From Octopus sinensis (Eukaryota): a DNA stretch of 64,000 nt. Location of the stretch: contig NC_043015.1 in the NCBI RefSeq assembly GCF_006345805.1, forward strand, positions 23,188,001 through 23,252,000. Direction: 5' to 3'. Shown piece after piece: positions 1-14,540 of the stretch (positions are counted from its first letter, which is position 1; every line of letters starts with the position of its first letter). The notes beneath the pieces were generated by a model. It searched no databases. It saw nothing but the letters and a program-made list of their open reading frames with translations, and was not told where the DNA came from. Both the position numbers and the translations under genes were made by a program.

Positions 1-1154
1 GACTTCTCAGATTCAACGAATCCGTTTCTATATCTATAACTTTTCTGAACAGTGTCCTTGTTTAAGTTTGTGAATGCTACCATAACCCTTGTCTGCAGTT
101 AATCTCTGGTGTTACAAGGAGTTTTGTTTGTCTCTCTCTAAAATGCTCCCCGCACATAATAATCAAGGGGTTGCAGTTTGGGGAGTTGGGTGGCCAGATG
201 TTAAGGGTGATGTGGTCGCAGAAATTGTCTGGCAGCCATGACTGTGTTCTCCTCATTTCGTGCCATAGTGCAGAGTCCTGTTGCCGGATATAGGATCTTC
301 CAGCAGCCACCCTCTTGATTCAGGGCAGTACCACCACCTCCTGATATTTGATATAGGCCTCCTTGTTGCATCTGGGGCCGTGTGGAAAGATGAATGGAAG
401 CATTACGCCGTCACCACTAGAGATCACTCCAAACACTATGATGTTGAATGTATGTTTGATTTTTATCTCTCTTGTTACATATTTTGGCGGCACGGCAAGC
501 CAATGGTTGTTCTGCGTGTTCACCAGATGATCTTGACAAAATTTTTTCTCGTCAGAGTAAAACCAAAGCATGTTCAGTTGGAGGGGATGCTAGGGTTTGT
601 TCAAAAGCTTTGTAGTGCGGTATTTCTTCTTGTCCTCGATGGCTTGGGATAAAAATAGGCCCTTTCCATCTTGTACGAAGAATACTGAATGTCTTCATGC
701 ACTACCTGTCTGATAAGAAACTCATACACTCCCATGTCCCTGTTGATGGACCTGATTGATTTAGAGTGATCGTTGTCAATCATGGCCTGGATCTCACCAA
801 CAAATTCAGGAGATTTTCCTATCAGTAGGTTCAGAGTAAGTTTTCTGAGCTGCCGTAACTTCGTAATCATTCTTAAACTCATCCACCTCTTTCCGGATCC
901 CCTACAATGTCCTCAAAATGACACCCGAATACTCTGAAATGATCGTATTGGAGCTTCCGGCGTTAATGCCAAGCACTACAGTATCTCGTTTTCAAACTTT
1001 TGGCAGTGTGAATTACGTCTTGGTGCTGTTTTTTCTCACAGATGGTGCCCAACTGACTCAACTATACTTTATAGTCTACAAAATAAAAAAAAGACAATGC
1101 GTATGCGCGAAATTAAAAGTATAGAATGGCGATAATTTATCCACCGCAGCCTGT
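1..1154 (-). mobile_element. Decayed maT (DD37D, Tc1/mariner superfamily) transposon
   Basis: Three broken minus-strand ORFs (601-882, 320-571, 77-310) give an HTH-like region, FYSDEKKF, VFGVISS, QQDSA.WH and WPPNSPNCNPL. A one-base frameshift restores NPLDYY. I count exactly 37 residues between the second and third catalytic Asp. The 5' boundary near 1154 is approximate. Confidence 0.85.
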
Positions 1155-1924
1155 TTACACACACGCTCATACATACACGCACAAACATATCTATCGAACA
1201 CTAAGACAGGCATTTAAACGGGCTTGGATTGACATACAGGTATGTATAAAATTATAAAATATACATGCAAAGAAATGGAACAAGTATTTTTAGTCTTGCT
1301 TAAACCATTCCAGAATTAAGTCACTGAGGATAGCCTTTCAGGGGGAAAGAACCTGCTGCTCTTCTGCAGTAATACTTGTTTTCTAACACACAAATCTTTC
1401 TGGGAATCTCTGTTACAGAATGTGGCAGTTCATATACACAATATCAATGTTATACCTACCAGTATATTTTAACCATTTCTCTTTTTTAATGACTACACAA
1501 CTTTACATTATTGATATACAGGTATATTGCTACTATTCTTTATGCTTCTTATATATATATATATATATATTTCTCTCTCGTTGTGCTAATACTATGTATA
1601 TATAATTTGATCATAACGATGTTACTAGAAATGCACAGTTGATCCCAGGTATTTATGATGGATTAGTTTACGTTACTCAAAGTTAACGTATCCTTTCAAT
1701 TTACGCACACTAGGACACGTGATCTCATAGATGGAATTAGAAAACCAATGAATCAGACTGCTTGAGCAGTACATCTGAATTTGTTTTCATGTTATAAATC
1801 AACAGCATATATTGCACAAAATTTACCAGAAACTGGAAAATTCCTATAATGCATAATTCCTCTGCTCTCTTCCTTTCGCTCTCCCTCCCCTTCTTTCTGT
1901 AGATATGACTGGCTATATATATAT

Positions 1925-2135
1925 AGATATATAAAGTTAATCCAAGCATGAAAGCACAAAAAAAAACACAACAACGCGAGGGCGTGGAACAAATATAGTA
2001 TTATTGGACGGTCAGGAAAGAAGGAAAGAGGGAGGGTTTAACGTTTCGAGTGGAGCTCTTCGTCGGAAACATAGGAGAAGGAAAGATCCAGAGAAGGGAA
2101 GACAGAGGAAAAAGTCGCCAACGGTACACACGCGG

Positions 2136-2138
<3 letters not shown>
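1925..2138 (-). mobile_element. Short non-coding element flanked by (TA)n on both sides and carrying a minimal hammerhead-like motif (family B, putatively Penelope-like derived)
   Basis: About 210 bp of purine-rich unique sequence between two TA tracts. It contains the motif at 2036-2070 and has the same layout as family A. Confidence 0.55.
2036..2070 (-). ncRNA. Minimal type I hammerhead-like ribozyme
   Basis: Minus strand reads GTTT-CCGACGA-A-GAGC-TCC-ACTC-GAA-ACGT-T-AAAC. Stem I is 4 bp, the core has U4C, stem II has 3 bp plus one C.A mismatch, stem III is the palindrome ACGT, and the predicted site is GUU. Confidence 0.6.
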
Positions 2139-2174
<36 letters not shown>

Positions 2175-5127
2175 CATGTATGTATATATATACATATACA
2201 TACATACACACACATAGATATTCATACATACGTATATATATATTCATACGTATATGTATATGCACACATGCAGACATTCATGCACACACACATGCACACA
2301 CATACATAAACACTTATATATAGAGATTTTATGTTTGGGACAATTTCGTTAATGATAATGAAGATAAACTACCGTATTTAATAAAAGAAAGAATACTATC
2401 TGTAAATATATATTGAATGGAAGTTAATATTTGACGTTCGATCAGTCGTTATCAATTCTCCTTAGCATATTTTGTTTAATAGGCAAACATTCTCGTAGTA
2501 AAAATTCAAAGACCAATCAATACTCCTGTACACAATCTTTCACATATATTTGAACAAACATTGGACAACACATATTTCTATCCGAGTTTCATATCCCATA
2601 AAATTCATACGTCTACCATTACAGCAGGTATTGTATTAAAACCTTCTCATCCTTGAACACCGTAAGTGTTTTGTGTGTGTGTATGCGTGGGTGTGTTTGT
2701 GTGTGTGTATGCATGTGTGTATGTGTGTATTTGAATGATTTATATAAGGCAATACAGAGACGAAATTCTTATTATTAGTTGACAAAAATAACAAAATTCT
2801 TGAACAAATGACAAAGTTGTTTATTCCGAATACACTCATCTACTAAGATCAACATAAACAGACAAACAAAGAAACAAAAGGATCTCTCATCTTCGGGAAG
2901 ACCTGGCCATGTATGTGCTTGGGTTTGTGGGAAAATATCTGCTGCCATAATTCTGATCGTTATATGTTTAAATTGAACACAAATTATTAATACATTCATT
3001 TCTTGCATATGGGTACGCGTGTGTGGCTGTGTGAGTCTTTGTACATCAGTTCATGATATAAATGTGCGAGAGCACCTGTGAGTGCTTGCATATATATGAT
3101 ATGCCCTTTCTGGGTAAAATACGATAACGTTTATATGTCTGTAACTGCATCATTGTATCTAATAAATATATTAGACGACGTAGTCTGTATTTACTTCAGC
3201 ATTCCCATTGTTTCAATGATATTCACCTTTAATTGCATTATATATTCATAACTGGATACAAATTATATTCAAAAATATCACCTATATTGACGTGGATTAT
3301 GTACATTCCTACGAATACATATAACACTAGGTTTTAATATACGGATTGTACGTATTATAAAGATTCTGTAGAATTGTAATATTGCTTGTTTGCATTTTCT
3401 CTTTTTTGTTTCTATTCGTTGAGTAACTGAAATTGTTCACGCACTGTGCTCCTAGTTTCAGTTTATATTAGGGGCTATTTGAAATCACTGTTTAATTACA
3501 CTTGAGTTATACTTGATTTTGTTTGATTTATACTGCCATGATCACAATACTTACAGAATTTTCTCATGTTATTTTAGATTCATGTGACTTGGAACAGACT
3601 CGATGGTCGAGTTAGTCATCCAGCTCTTAGAGTATACTCCGCAAAAACAATGCAAGGCAAAAACCTCATGTAAACACTGCGAAGCGCTTCTTACCTTAAT
3701 TCAACGATTTATTCTGCTAGTCTCCCAATCCTTGTAGTTTGCTAATGGACTCCAGAAGGAAGAATAACAAGTTTTACCCTCAGAAGCATTGTTGCTGCAA
3801 TGATTGTGCTATTATGCAGGGTGCTAAATTGTGTTATTGAATGGAAAAGTATAGTCTGTTGGCCTATGTGTAACGTTGTGAGTCGTGATATTCTTTATGG
3901 ATTAGATATGGAAGAGAGATAGAGAGAGTGAAAAACAGGATGGCGGAGCAGGAGAGAGAAATGGGAGAGAAAGGTTTTACCAGAGAATTGTACACAGTAA
4001 CTTTCCAGGAAGAATAGGGTTTACATCTTCATTTTCTTTTCAAAGTGGAGTTAATGAAATTTTGGGTGATACATGGAACAGTGGCAGTGTTAAAAGACTT
4101 GTGATGTTCATGGAAGTATTAGCTTGGCGTAATCTCAGTATATCGCAACGAAGAATTTTGATTCGTAAGCTCCCTATCTGCCGATAATACGATATTTGGC
4201 AATTCATCAGCGCGATGGAGTCTAATAATTAATAATGATATCAGATTATTGGGATGTTACCCATATAGGTTAGAAAACAAACGATGCCCAGAGAGGGAGG
4301 AAATCGATATGGTACTGTAACTGATAGCTCTGTACTGATAGGTTCCTTTACCTAGACACCAGTATTTAGGGGTACTAACTTTATCAACTTCTCCCTGAAA
4401 ACCAAGCCAACTTTTACCTCCGTGTTTTGATCTTAGTGCTTGAATTGAAGCTCAATATTAAAATACATGTGACTAGTTTAAAGTTAAATAGGTGTCAACA
4501 ATTTCTCGCAAGAAATCTATATTGTTGTCTTAAAAAGAAACTACAGCTCGTTGAAGAACCTGCTGAAGTAACGCTACAACTAACCGGAATTTTCTTGATT
4601 CAAACTTCCTTTGTAGACATCATCACGCCAGAAGGAACTTAGGTTGCAAGTTTTCAAAGATTTTGAAATGAAAAGAATAAAAATTGTAAGCAGGAAAAAA
4701 CTGGTTCCCAAATTTATCCTGCTTGCTTTATAAAATATCTTTGTATAGTGAACTAAAAAAAATAGTGGAAATAAGAAAATATAGTGCACTACGAAACGTA
4801 TTCAGAAATTTATTCTGAGAAACTTTTCAAGTAGCTCTGTGTAGAATGTCAATAGGCATTTAGCAAAAGTAACTGCGTCACTTATATGCGAATATATATC
4901 GGGTTGAATCGAAGCAATTTCTATACATAAAGAGCTAGGTACCCGGAAATATTTCAAAGAAGAAATTTTTATAGAAAATTCATAATTAGAACGAAAATAT
5001 TTCCGTTTCATTATTAGGCAAGTCAGGAAAACGATTTGGAATAAAATTATTCAAATCGCGTATCGTGTCATTTTTGTTGGAATATTTCTATTGGATTGTA
5101 ATTATAATCAAACAACTGTATTCTGAA

Positions 5128-5216
5128 CATACATACATGCATACATACATACATACATACATACATACATACATACATACATACATACATACATACATAC
5201 ATACATACATACATAC
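5128..5216. repeat. (CATA)n microsatellite
   Basis: Direct reading. Confidence 0.95.
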
Positions 5217-5336
5217 ACACACACATGTATATATATGTATGTATAAACTTACAAACAAAAATTCAATACAACATATGCACAATGCTGTACATATGTGTAC
5301 GTATGCATATCTATATGCAGATAGTAATATGAATAT

Positions 5337-5379
<43 letters not shown>

Positions 5380-5686
5380 ATATATATACACATATATATG
5401 ATCAGAGAAGGAGAAAGGAACACATATCTATATGTATTTATGTGCGTATGTGTATTTGGGTATGGCTGTGTGTGTGTGAAAGTAAGTGTGTCTGTGTGTA
5501 TAACTATGTTGTTACAGATTTTGTGTACCTATTTCGAGTTTAATTACATGTGTTGCATAGAACATTATTGCTGTTTTATTGTGTATATATGTATATATAT
5601 ATAAATATATATATATAATAGTTATGCACACACATACACATACACACACGCGCAGACACATATCTATATAGACTTTTATTCTTCTC

Positions 5687-5801
<115 letters not shown>

Positions 5802-6207
5802 GCAAAACACATAGATATAGAATAAACTTCGCGATAGGAATACGAAAGACTGGTATATCGTGTTAGTTTTACTTTTCCCGATTTTATTTCTAGCCAAACG
5901 TATCTAATTACTAAATATTCAATTGAATATAAATTGGATTCATTATTTTGCTTTATTATTTGGCAAAGAAATCGAAGCAAAGTCGATCATGAATATTTAA
6001 TTGCATTTTGTTTGTTCTGTTTACATCAACAAATTTTGAGTTGATGCATTCGAGTATGTATTGAAGGGCGATATGTATTTAGACATACACACACTTCACA
6101 TACATACACACGCCCACGCCCAAGCACACACACACAGACACACACACACTCACATATATATATACACACACACATGCATGTATGCGTGTATGTATGAATA
6201 GACATAC

Positions 6208-6267
<60 letters not shown>

Positions 6268-7419
6268 CATATATGTATACATACAAAGATACATATATAT
6301 ATATATATGTATGTATGTATGTATAGACATACGTGTATATGTGTGTATAAACGATTACGTGTATAGAATGTAATTCGTACATATAAATATATATATATAT
6401 ATATTTGTGCGTGCGAGTGAGTGCGTGTCTAACTGTGAGAGAATGAACCAGAAGAGGATGTACCTACATATACATAGCGGTATATAATGATATACTCTTT
6501 TCATGTATCGCTCTTATTTTATGAATCATTCATAGGTAAAAATAATTCCGGAAAGCCTACTGCTCTCTCAAAAATACTCTTACGCAATTAGCATTGCTCA
6601 AATACAGTAATATATAACCACATATGTATGTGTGTATTTTTGTATAGCTCAAACATACACACATGCACACATGAACATGAGAATATGCTCTAGTAGTTCA
6701 GTCATCAACACGTGCTTTCTACATGCCTCTAAGGTAGATCTTTATGCCAAACGAAGCTTTTCGTTTATTTCGTAATTATGTAGGTAATTATGCAGCGCTT
6801 CTGGAATTTTTCTTGAGAGAAAAATACATTGCTGGTGTGTATAGGCTTTCACGAGAAACGTAAAAAACATAATCATTTCAAAGCGTTGCAACTAGGACAG
6901 TATGCACAACAAAATGCTACAAAACTGGAACTTGTTCCTTCCGGGTTGAATGGAGGTCTGTAGTAAACAGTTTCTTTATAAATTGTTGGTAAACATCTAC
7001 CTTATTTGTTCCTGTAATATTCGTGAAGCAAAAGCTTGTCCTGTAAGTGGCGAAAAATTCCAAAGCTTGTGTAAGGTTTCTGATTAAACTTTTAAAACAG
7101 ATATAAATGCAGGGAAAGTAATTTTTTGCTCGAATTAGGTACTTAGCGTAGGTTGAGATTTAGAGTTACAGATACGTGTAGCGTAGATAAATGCTCGCTT
7201 CATCATCGCTAGAGTACATAATTATAGAAGGGAACTGCAAAGACTGAGAGTTCACAATATGATTACCAAGAATCTTTCTACTGCTTACAATTTACGAAGA
7301 TGCACTTACCTCTGTCTTTCTTCTATTTTGATGTGCATAAATCGCAGGTCTAACAAAAGAAGGCAAGAATCTAAGACAAACATTGCCTAAATTCACATAA
7401 TGTTAATAGGTACAAGATA

Positions 7420-7560
7420 GAATGGCTGACTCCAAACTTTCTGCAAACCCTGTATCTAACTGCCATGCATTCGATTCCAGCAGATAGATGTTTACAATGC
7501 AGTCAATCTTAGTGATGTCACCAATGTCTTCATAGAAATGCAGACATTTCTTGTAAAAAT
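7420..7560 (+). mobile_element. Possible decayed hAT transposase C-terminal (dimerisation) remnant
   Basis: One frame reads EWLTPNFLQTLYLTAMHSIPADRCL, which loosely resembles the hAT W....P.L..A..YL.IP.SSVPSER.F motif. The match is weak. Confidence 0.2.
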
Positions 7561-8529
7561 AATATTAAAAACGTTTTCCCTTCTTTACGTTCCGAATTGT
7601 TTTTAATGTTTGGATTCCGAAATACAAGGCTGATGGCATAACAGATTAGAACATCTAATCAATGCTGAGAAAGCTCTAGTCACAGTATCACCGTCAGTCA
7701 CAGAAGCCCTTGAGAAACGGAGAAAAACAGAAGATGAATAAAGGTAGTGGTTAATGGAGATGGAAACAATAGCTTAACATTGATACCAGTTTGTGAGGGG
7801 TGGTTTATGCTGCACGTTGCCTGCGGCCCAAAATCAAGTAAAGGAGGTCATTGAAACGTAAGCTCATTAAAATTCAACAGACAAACGACTAGTAGGAATC
7901 GATTGCTGACATTTCTTCAGTCGAGTTGAGAGGATAAATACGCTAATTATTTAGAGAGAAAACATTCGCCATTGTCCTCCATTTGAGTCAGCAGAAGGGA
8001 TCCTCTCTTCCGTGCAGTACAAATTTCTGCCATATAAGAGTTCGTGCACAGTAATATTTTATAATTTCGAATCTGTAAAAATAGAACATAGCGTATATCG
8101 TTTTTTTTTCTGTAATGAAAATTTTGAAACACAAGTTTCCTTTCCCTGATTTCTACAATTTCCTTCAAATTGCTACATCATCTACGCCGACAATGTGTCC
8201 CTAACCATGAAATTCATGGTGTCAGAACTAGACGCGACACGACGCAGCGCCATGAGGATTCAAGTTCCTTAAGTTTGCAACAACTGATGAGTGTGTATAA
8301 GTTAGCGGGTATAAAATAACTTAAATGATGTGCCTTGCACACAGTAATGCAGGACATTTACTCATGGATACTTATGATGTTGAGTACACGATGAAACTAG
8401 TGATTTGACTTGATGGAAATTTTGGGCGAAATATCACCTGGAAAATACTCGACAAATTGTCACATGGAGAAAGTATTGTAATTTAGTAATATGAAATCCC
8501 ATTCGTCTGTATTTCTGATCGCAGTCGAC

Positions 8530-8690
8530 TTTTTGAAAAGAGTTACACTGGTAGAGAGAAGACTCGATTCAGCACTAGAATGATAGTATGTTTATCAACA
8601 CCTCGATGATGAATTTCAACTTCGATTTCGGTGGGATATATGCTGAAGATGCAGAGAACTATAAGGAAAACGGCAAAGCATTCTAAACCG
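8530..8690 (-). mobile_element. Degenerate tRNA-derived SINE (family 2)
   Basis: Decayed reverse copy of the SINE at 55187-55556. Confidence 0.4.
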
Positions 8691-9496
8691 AGATTAATTG
8701 TATCTGTCTACTAACAGTATACGCCTTTGTTGATACATGAAAGCATGAAATGATGAGAGTCGGGAATGTCTTTCATAAAATTTATTTCGATCATTTTAGA
8801 TGATGGATAATTATCATCCAATAAAGAGCGATAAGGACAATCTAGTCATCCTTAAGGATGACTGATAACGTTTAAAGCAAACACGTGTTGCGCCTCATCA
8901 AGCTCACATTTTCATCCGTAGCCTTCTTCAAACCAGTACCAAGGCCAGGTCAAGACGACCTCACATGGAGACGAATGGAGCATCCTGCTCTTTGCACTCC
9001 ATAATGCATTGGTGCAGCCTTATTCGCCGCTTTTCCTCCATTAATGTCTCTTCCGGAGAGTCCACCAAATCTGGCCTTCACATGCAGATGTAGGCAAGCG
9101 CTAATATGTTAATCAACCCATAACTTAGATCCTGGTCAGTAGATCTGGAAACGATTGTGATAATAGATTATTCTGCATTCCTCAAAACACTTGAACTCTC
9201 AAACCTGTTGCTTGTAAGGTAGCAAATAATAACAGATATCTGATATAGGAGGAATGACACTAAGCTAAATGTCGTGTCTATTAATATTGCATTTATTCAT
9301 ATGCCGTATTAAACGTATTGAAGTGACAGCTTTGCGCTTATATATTTACATATGGGTATATGATTGCTCTTTTGGGGAGATTGTACTTTTAGCGCATTCG
9401 TATATGAGCATCGTTGTAAGCATTTAAGTGGTTGGGCGCTACGGTTACCTCAATATTTTACCATTTTGTGTGTGTGTGTGTGTGTTTGTGTGTGTT

Positions 9497-9532
<36 letters not shown>

Positions 9533-10046
9533 TGTGTCTGTGTGTCTGTGTGTCTATGTGCATGGGGAGAGTGGGAGAAGTGATGTTTATTTCCGTTTCA
9601 ATATATCTTTTCCGTAAGAACCGACGATACTGCCATTTCAAACCCAGGTGGAAGCATCCTCCAGCCGGTTTTCGAGGAAAACTGCACCCGACGTATAATG
9701 CAAGCAGGGTACTGAACACCCACTATTTTCAAGGTGCGAAAGCACCAGACATAACGGTTTCTAGCTCTTTGTGCTCATCCCGGTGGTGGGTACTCGTTCG
9801 CTAGAAGTAGCAGAAGTTCAATCCAGTTCGCAATACTAAGAAAATAAGTGACAACCAGTAACTGATCTTTCCAAACGCAAATTAGGTATTTTCAGTTTAA
9901 TAGGCATTTGCAGACAATGTAGGCAGGTAGGATGGTAGAATAAATTTCTGTGAGAGATGAAAGACATAACAAAGAATATACATATACTCATATTTTGAGT
10001 TCTATTGTCATTTTGGCATCATATATATACACACACACACACACGA

Positions 10047-10475
10047 CACTCGATGAAAAGTTCATAAACTGACCAGGATACTCTCATTGCATGTGACCAA
10101 ATGAGGTTTATTATTTAATATAGTCCCCCACGCGGTACACTCACATCTTTCATCTACTTTGCAGTGCTTCGGTCTTATGAGGGAGGACGTTTTCATCCTA
10201 TTGGTCAAAAAGTGACATCAACAGCACATATAACCTCACCCTCACTGGATACTGTTTCCTGGCGAAATTGTTTTCCATGTTAGGGATCACATGATACTAT
10301 GATGAGACCACATCAGAAGTATAGGGAGGTGGATCAGCCTGTTCATATCCACAGACACGCACAGCAGCCCCTGAAACGAAGAGGTTGTGTGTTCGAGTAT
10401 TGTCTTGATGAAGGAGGATCCTTTCATCGTTTCATCAAATTTCAAGGGCGTTTACTCCAGCTATCAGAATTGAAA
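10047..10475. mobile_element. Mariner-derived non-autonomous fragment
   Basis: The mariner-like end segment (aaaagttcataaact...gtgaccaaatgaggtttattattt...tagtcccc) is recognised from memory. No intact ORF. Confidence 0.35.
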
Positions 10476-10654
10476 TACGCACGCACACGCACACACACAC
10501 GAACACACACACGAACATACACACACACACTCACACACATATGCATACATGCATACACACACACATATATATATATAAGAATGAATAAAATATTTTTTTA
10601 CAAAGAGAGAAGACATTTTAAAGGACTCCCTATATGCTATAAAGGGTATATATA

Positions 10655-10712
<58 letters not shown>

Positions 10713-10810
10713 TATATACAAAAAAACATGCACAAACAAATTTCTTTTGAATGATTATAAATCATGATTCACATATAGACCTATTATTTTATTAATACTA
10801 TTACTATTAT

Positions 10811-10929
10811 TATTAGGTAATGAACCGCTAATGCATTGGATATTACGATTCCTTAATGCGACTAATTTAACCTCTAATTGAATATATATATATATATATA
10901 TATATGCATTAGTGGTTCATTACCTAATA
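10811..10929. repeat. 26-bp inverted repeat enclosing a spacer that ends in (TA)n
   Basis: 10811-10836 TATTAGGTAATGAACCGCTAATGCAT matches the reverse complement of 10904-10929 with one mismatch. Confidence 0.9.
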
Positions 10930-11036
10930 TTTGTCGTGGATAATAATAATATTCATAAAATAATAGGTGTTTATGTAAATCATGATTTATAATCATTCAA
11001 AAGAAATTTGTTTGTGCATATGTGTTTATGTATGTA

Positions 11037-11088
<52 letters not shown>

Positions 11089-13539
11089 ACAAATTACCAA
11101 AGTATATATTTTTTATTTATCCCCTCATTCATATGATAATATTATTCACTATAACCCACTAGCTGATCATTATTATTTACCGGTTATTACCTTGATTGTA
11201 ATCACATATCCATTACACACTGAAATAAGCTGTGACCCATGACCTGTGTTTATATCAATATCAGCCATAAAATAGTATTCAGTCTACTTAGACGGTTCGA
11301 AAACATAACACCTAATAACCTACAGCTATATCTTTTTTGTACTTCTCTGATTAGATTTCGCTAGTTTATTAATTTTTATTTTTAATTTTAGCGTTAATTG
11401 AAACAGCTGTAAGAGAATATGTTGCTTTTTATTTGCAGATAATATATTTTAATCAAATGTTAAATCTCCATTTTCTTAATTATATATTTAATATATATAT
11501 GCAATCGCGCGCACGCACACACACATACACACACACACACACACACACTCACACATATATATAAACTCACCACATACGTAACGAAGTGGTAATTAGCTAA
11601 AGAGCGGGGAGAGAATAGGATAAAATTGTGAACATACAGATGAAGAATAGTTTAGAAATTTTTTCTATAATGATGATGTCGTACATTCACTTCCAGCTCG
11701 TATTATTTCGACCAAGTACAAGAATTTTTGGTGGCCAAACACTTTAAAGGGAAATAGGTTGAATGACTATTTTATGTAGATACCCGTTGATGGATTGTAC
11801 AGGTAATTTACAGATCAGGGCTACTCGCATATTGCGCTGATTCCAATTGGGGATTAAATAAGAGGGTGTCCATGGCTATGTATTATTAAGTCGTTTGCTC
11901 GGATATTTAGAGCGTAGATACCTCATTTGATCAAACAACTGAATTCTCATTATCGAACCTGACGAAAGCACTAACACATCATCATATGTGCTTCTGTTAA
12001 AATAGATTTATACGCATGTGTTTACATGAATGTGTGTATATACATATATGTATGCACGTATATAAATATATGTATGGACGCCCTACACACAAACACACAC
12101 ACACGTGTGCGCACATATATTAATTGTATATGTGTGTATTTGTAATACACGCATGTGTCGTGTATATGTATTTATATCTATATCTCCATACTATAACAAG
12201 AGAGAGGGAGAGAGAGAACAGACTCGACAGGGAGATAGATACGAAAACACAGAGACGGAAAAGAGAGAGGACGATGTAGACTAATTGCATGTATTTGAAA
12301 TACAGGCAGAAGTCAACGTGGTACTTTGGAGCCATTAATCCTTGTTAACACGTATTCAATGTCTTTGAAATACGAATTCTATTTAGTAGAATTGATTATT
12401 AACTCCTATGAAGATTATCTCGGAGCTAGTTAGAATCCTTCTCTAGGTTTCAGAAGCAATTGCGTTGTAATTATAATATATTATATATACGTTATTGCAT
12501 TTCAATAATATCAGAGATATGCATTTATTTTATAATTTACACAACTTTGTATTTCATTAATCTTGCACGATATTTAGCTAACGACATGCAGTCTTTCTTG
12601 TAATAATACTACAAAGTGGTAATAAGACCTCAGCCGTCCTAATCCTGCTATCCATTAAACATAGCGTGACAATTAGGATGTGATTTGTGGCCTATGTTCG
12701 CATTAATATTTGGTATCGTAGCTATACGTTGCTAGTTAAAATTTACCTAGATATCTTCGTATGAGTTTAACTTCTCAGAAGAAAATGAAATATGAAGCGC
12801 ACCATATGCCATTCCTATACTTTTCTAGGATTGATGTGTATAAATATCTTAGTATATCAATATTCTGCTTTTATCTAGATGCTGCTCTGAATTAATTATT
12901 TAATGAAATATGTATTTCAAACTCAATTATTCTATAATAGTGAACTTGAATTGTAATGCAGGCTTTCATCGTCAATTTTTCTAAGTTTCGTGAAAGTTAT
13001 CCAATGACACACAGATCAAAATATTTGCTGAATCAGGCACAAAACTAGCAAAGTTCAAGTCAATATCAGCGATCCAGAACGTGACTGGTACATTTTTCTA
13101 TCGATCCCGAATGAAGAGGAGGGTTTGCTTCGTCGGGATTGGACTCACAATGTCCTCACTAAACACCTCAAACTATTCAAATTTTCCTAATGATTCTACC
13201 CGCCCACTTCTTTATATTGAAGTTATACTAAAACCGAATTTGTCCGGTATTATTGCATTACAATAATACTGAACATTTTACCTATATTTCTTACATGTTA
13301 ATGTCCTGTACAACAATATTTAAACAATAAGTCAACTGGTGCAGTCATTTTTGATGACGTGTTCTTCAAGTGAGTGACATAGAGTAAGTAACTAGTACTT
13401 ATATCTCGGTAACTAACATGTCTTATTAGTATTATTAATACGGTACTAAAATGTTTTGAGAATGAAATCTATTGCACATAAACGGTGAGGAACTGTATTT
13501 ATATATAAAGCACAGGTACATATATTTATACAAAATACA

Positions 13540-13595
13540 TGCATGCATCCATGCATATATAGAAGCATACTTGCATATTTACAAGTATATATACG

Positions 13596-13667
<72 letters not shown>

Positions 13668-13868
13668 GATATATATAATATATATATATATGTATGTATG
13701 TATGTATGTATGCATGTGGGAGTGTATAGATAGATAGATAGATAGATATGCATGTATATATATATACATATATAGATATATATATATATATGCATACATA
13801 CATGCGTACATCTATCTATTTATCTATATATCTATATATATATAAATATATATGTGTGTGTGTGTAAA

Positions 13869-13920
<52 letters not shown>

Positions 13921-13940
13921 TATGTATACATACATACATA
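13540..13940. repeat. Compound (TA)n/(TATG)n/(GATA)n microsatellite
   Basis: Direct reading. Confidence 0.9.
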
Positions 13941-14334
13941 TGTTTGTATATCTATGTATGTATACCATCGATCGGCCGTTTACTGCAGTAATTGTTGCGA
14001 GTTAACATCGTACTATAGATACTACTTTCCAATCGCAACACCTAGCGGGAGTGTCACAATTTATCCCACCATCCCACCTGCCTACCGTGACCGCAAACGG
14101 ATACATTACGTATCCTACCATGCTTTCCTTCCGAAATTCTTTCAATTCTACTAGTTCATTGCATTAGACTTCTATTTCATCAACCTCGAACACATGGAAA
14201 GCAATTTTGACTTTGTAATGGTTTGATCGAAAAAAATTAAAACAAAAAATAAAAACAGTGACTCAGAGATCCAATCAAAAACATTCTATCAGAAACTCTT
14301 ACTTGTGTTTTTATAATTACTTTATTAAGTAATT

Positions 14335-14540
14335 GTCTGCGAACTAGCAGATTCTTTCCCATGGCTGACAAAATGCTTAGCGGTATTTCGCCCGTCTTTA
14401 CGTTACGAATTCAAGTTCCGCTGTGGTCGACTTTGATTTTCACCGATTCGGGGTCGATGAGAAAAATACCATTGGGGTCGATATAATCGACATACTTCCT
14501 GCCCCGAAATTACTGGTCTTTTGCTAAAATTTGATTGCAA
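14335..14540 (+). mobile_element. tRNA-derived SINE (family 2), degenerate
   Basis: Aligns by eye with 55187-55556 (aaatgcttagcggtatttcg...gtcgacttt...ggggtcgatataatcgac). Confidence 0.75.

Noticed and set aside
1322-1370. CTGAGGA...GAAA on the plus strand
   Set aside because: No consistent stem I or stem III in register.
4748-4804. TGAA-CTAAAAA...TAGTG...CACTAC-GAAACGT-A-TTCA resembling a decayed hammerhead
   Set aside because: Both core G residues are missing and the core region is a poly-A run, so it is not distinguishable from chance.
8880-9230. GC-richer block resembling a LINE 3' region
   Set aside because: No frame gave a diagnostic motif, so it is left unclassified.
9600-9810. GC-richer patch with a GGTGC-GAAA-GCACC hairpin, considered as an exon or HDV-like ribozyme
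   Set aside because: I found no recognisable protein motif and could not assemble an HDV-like double pseudoknot.
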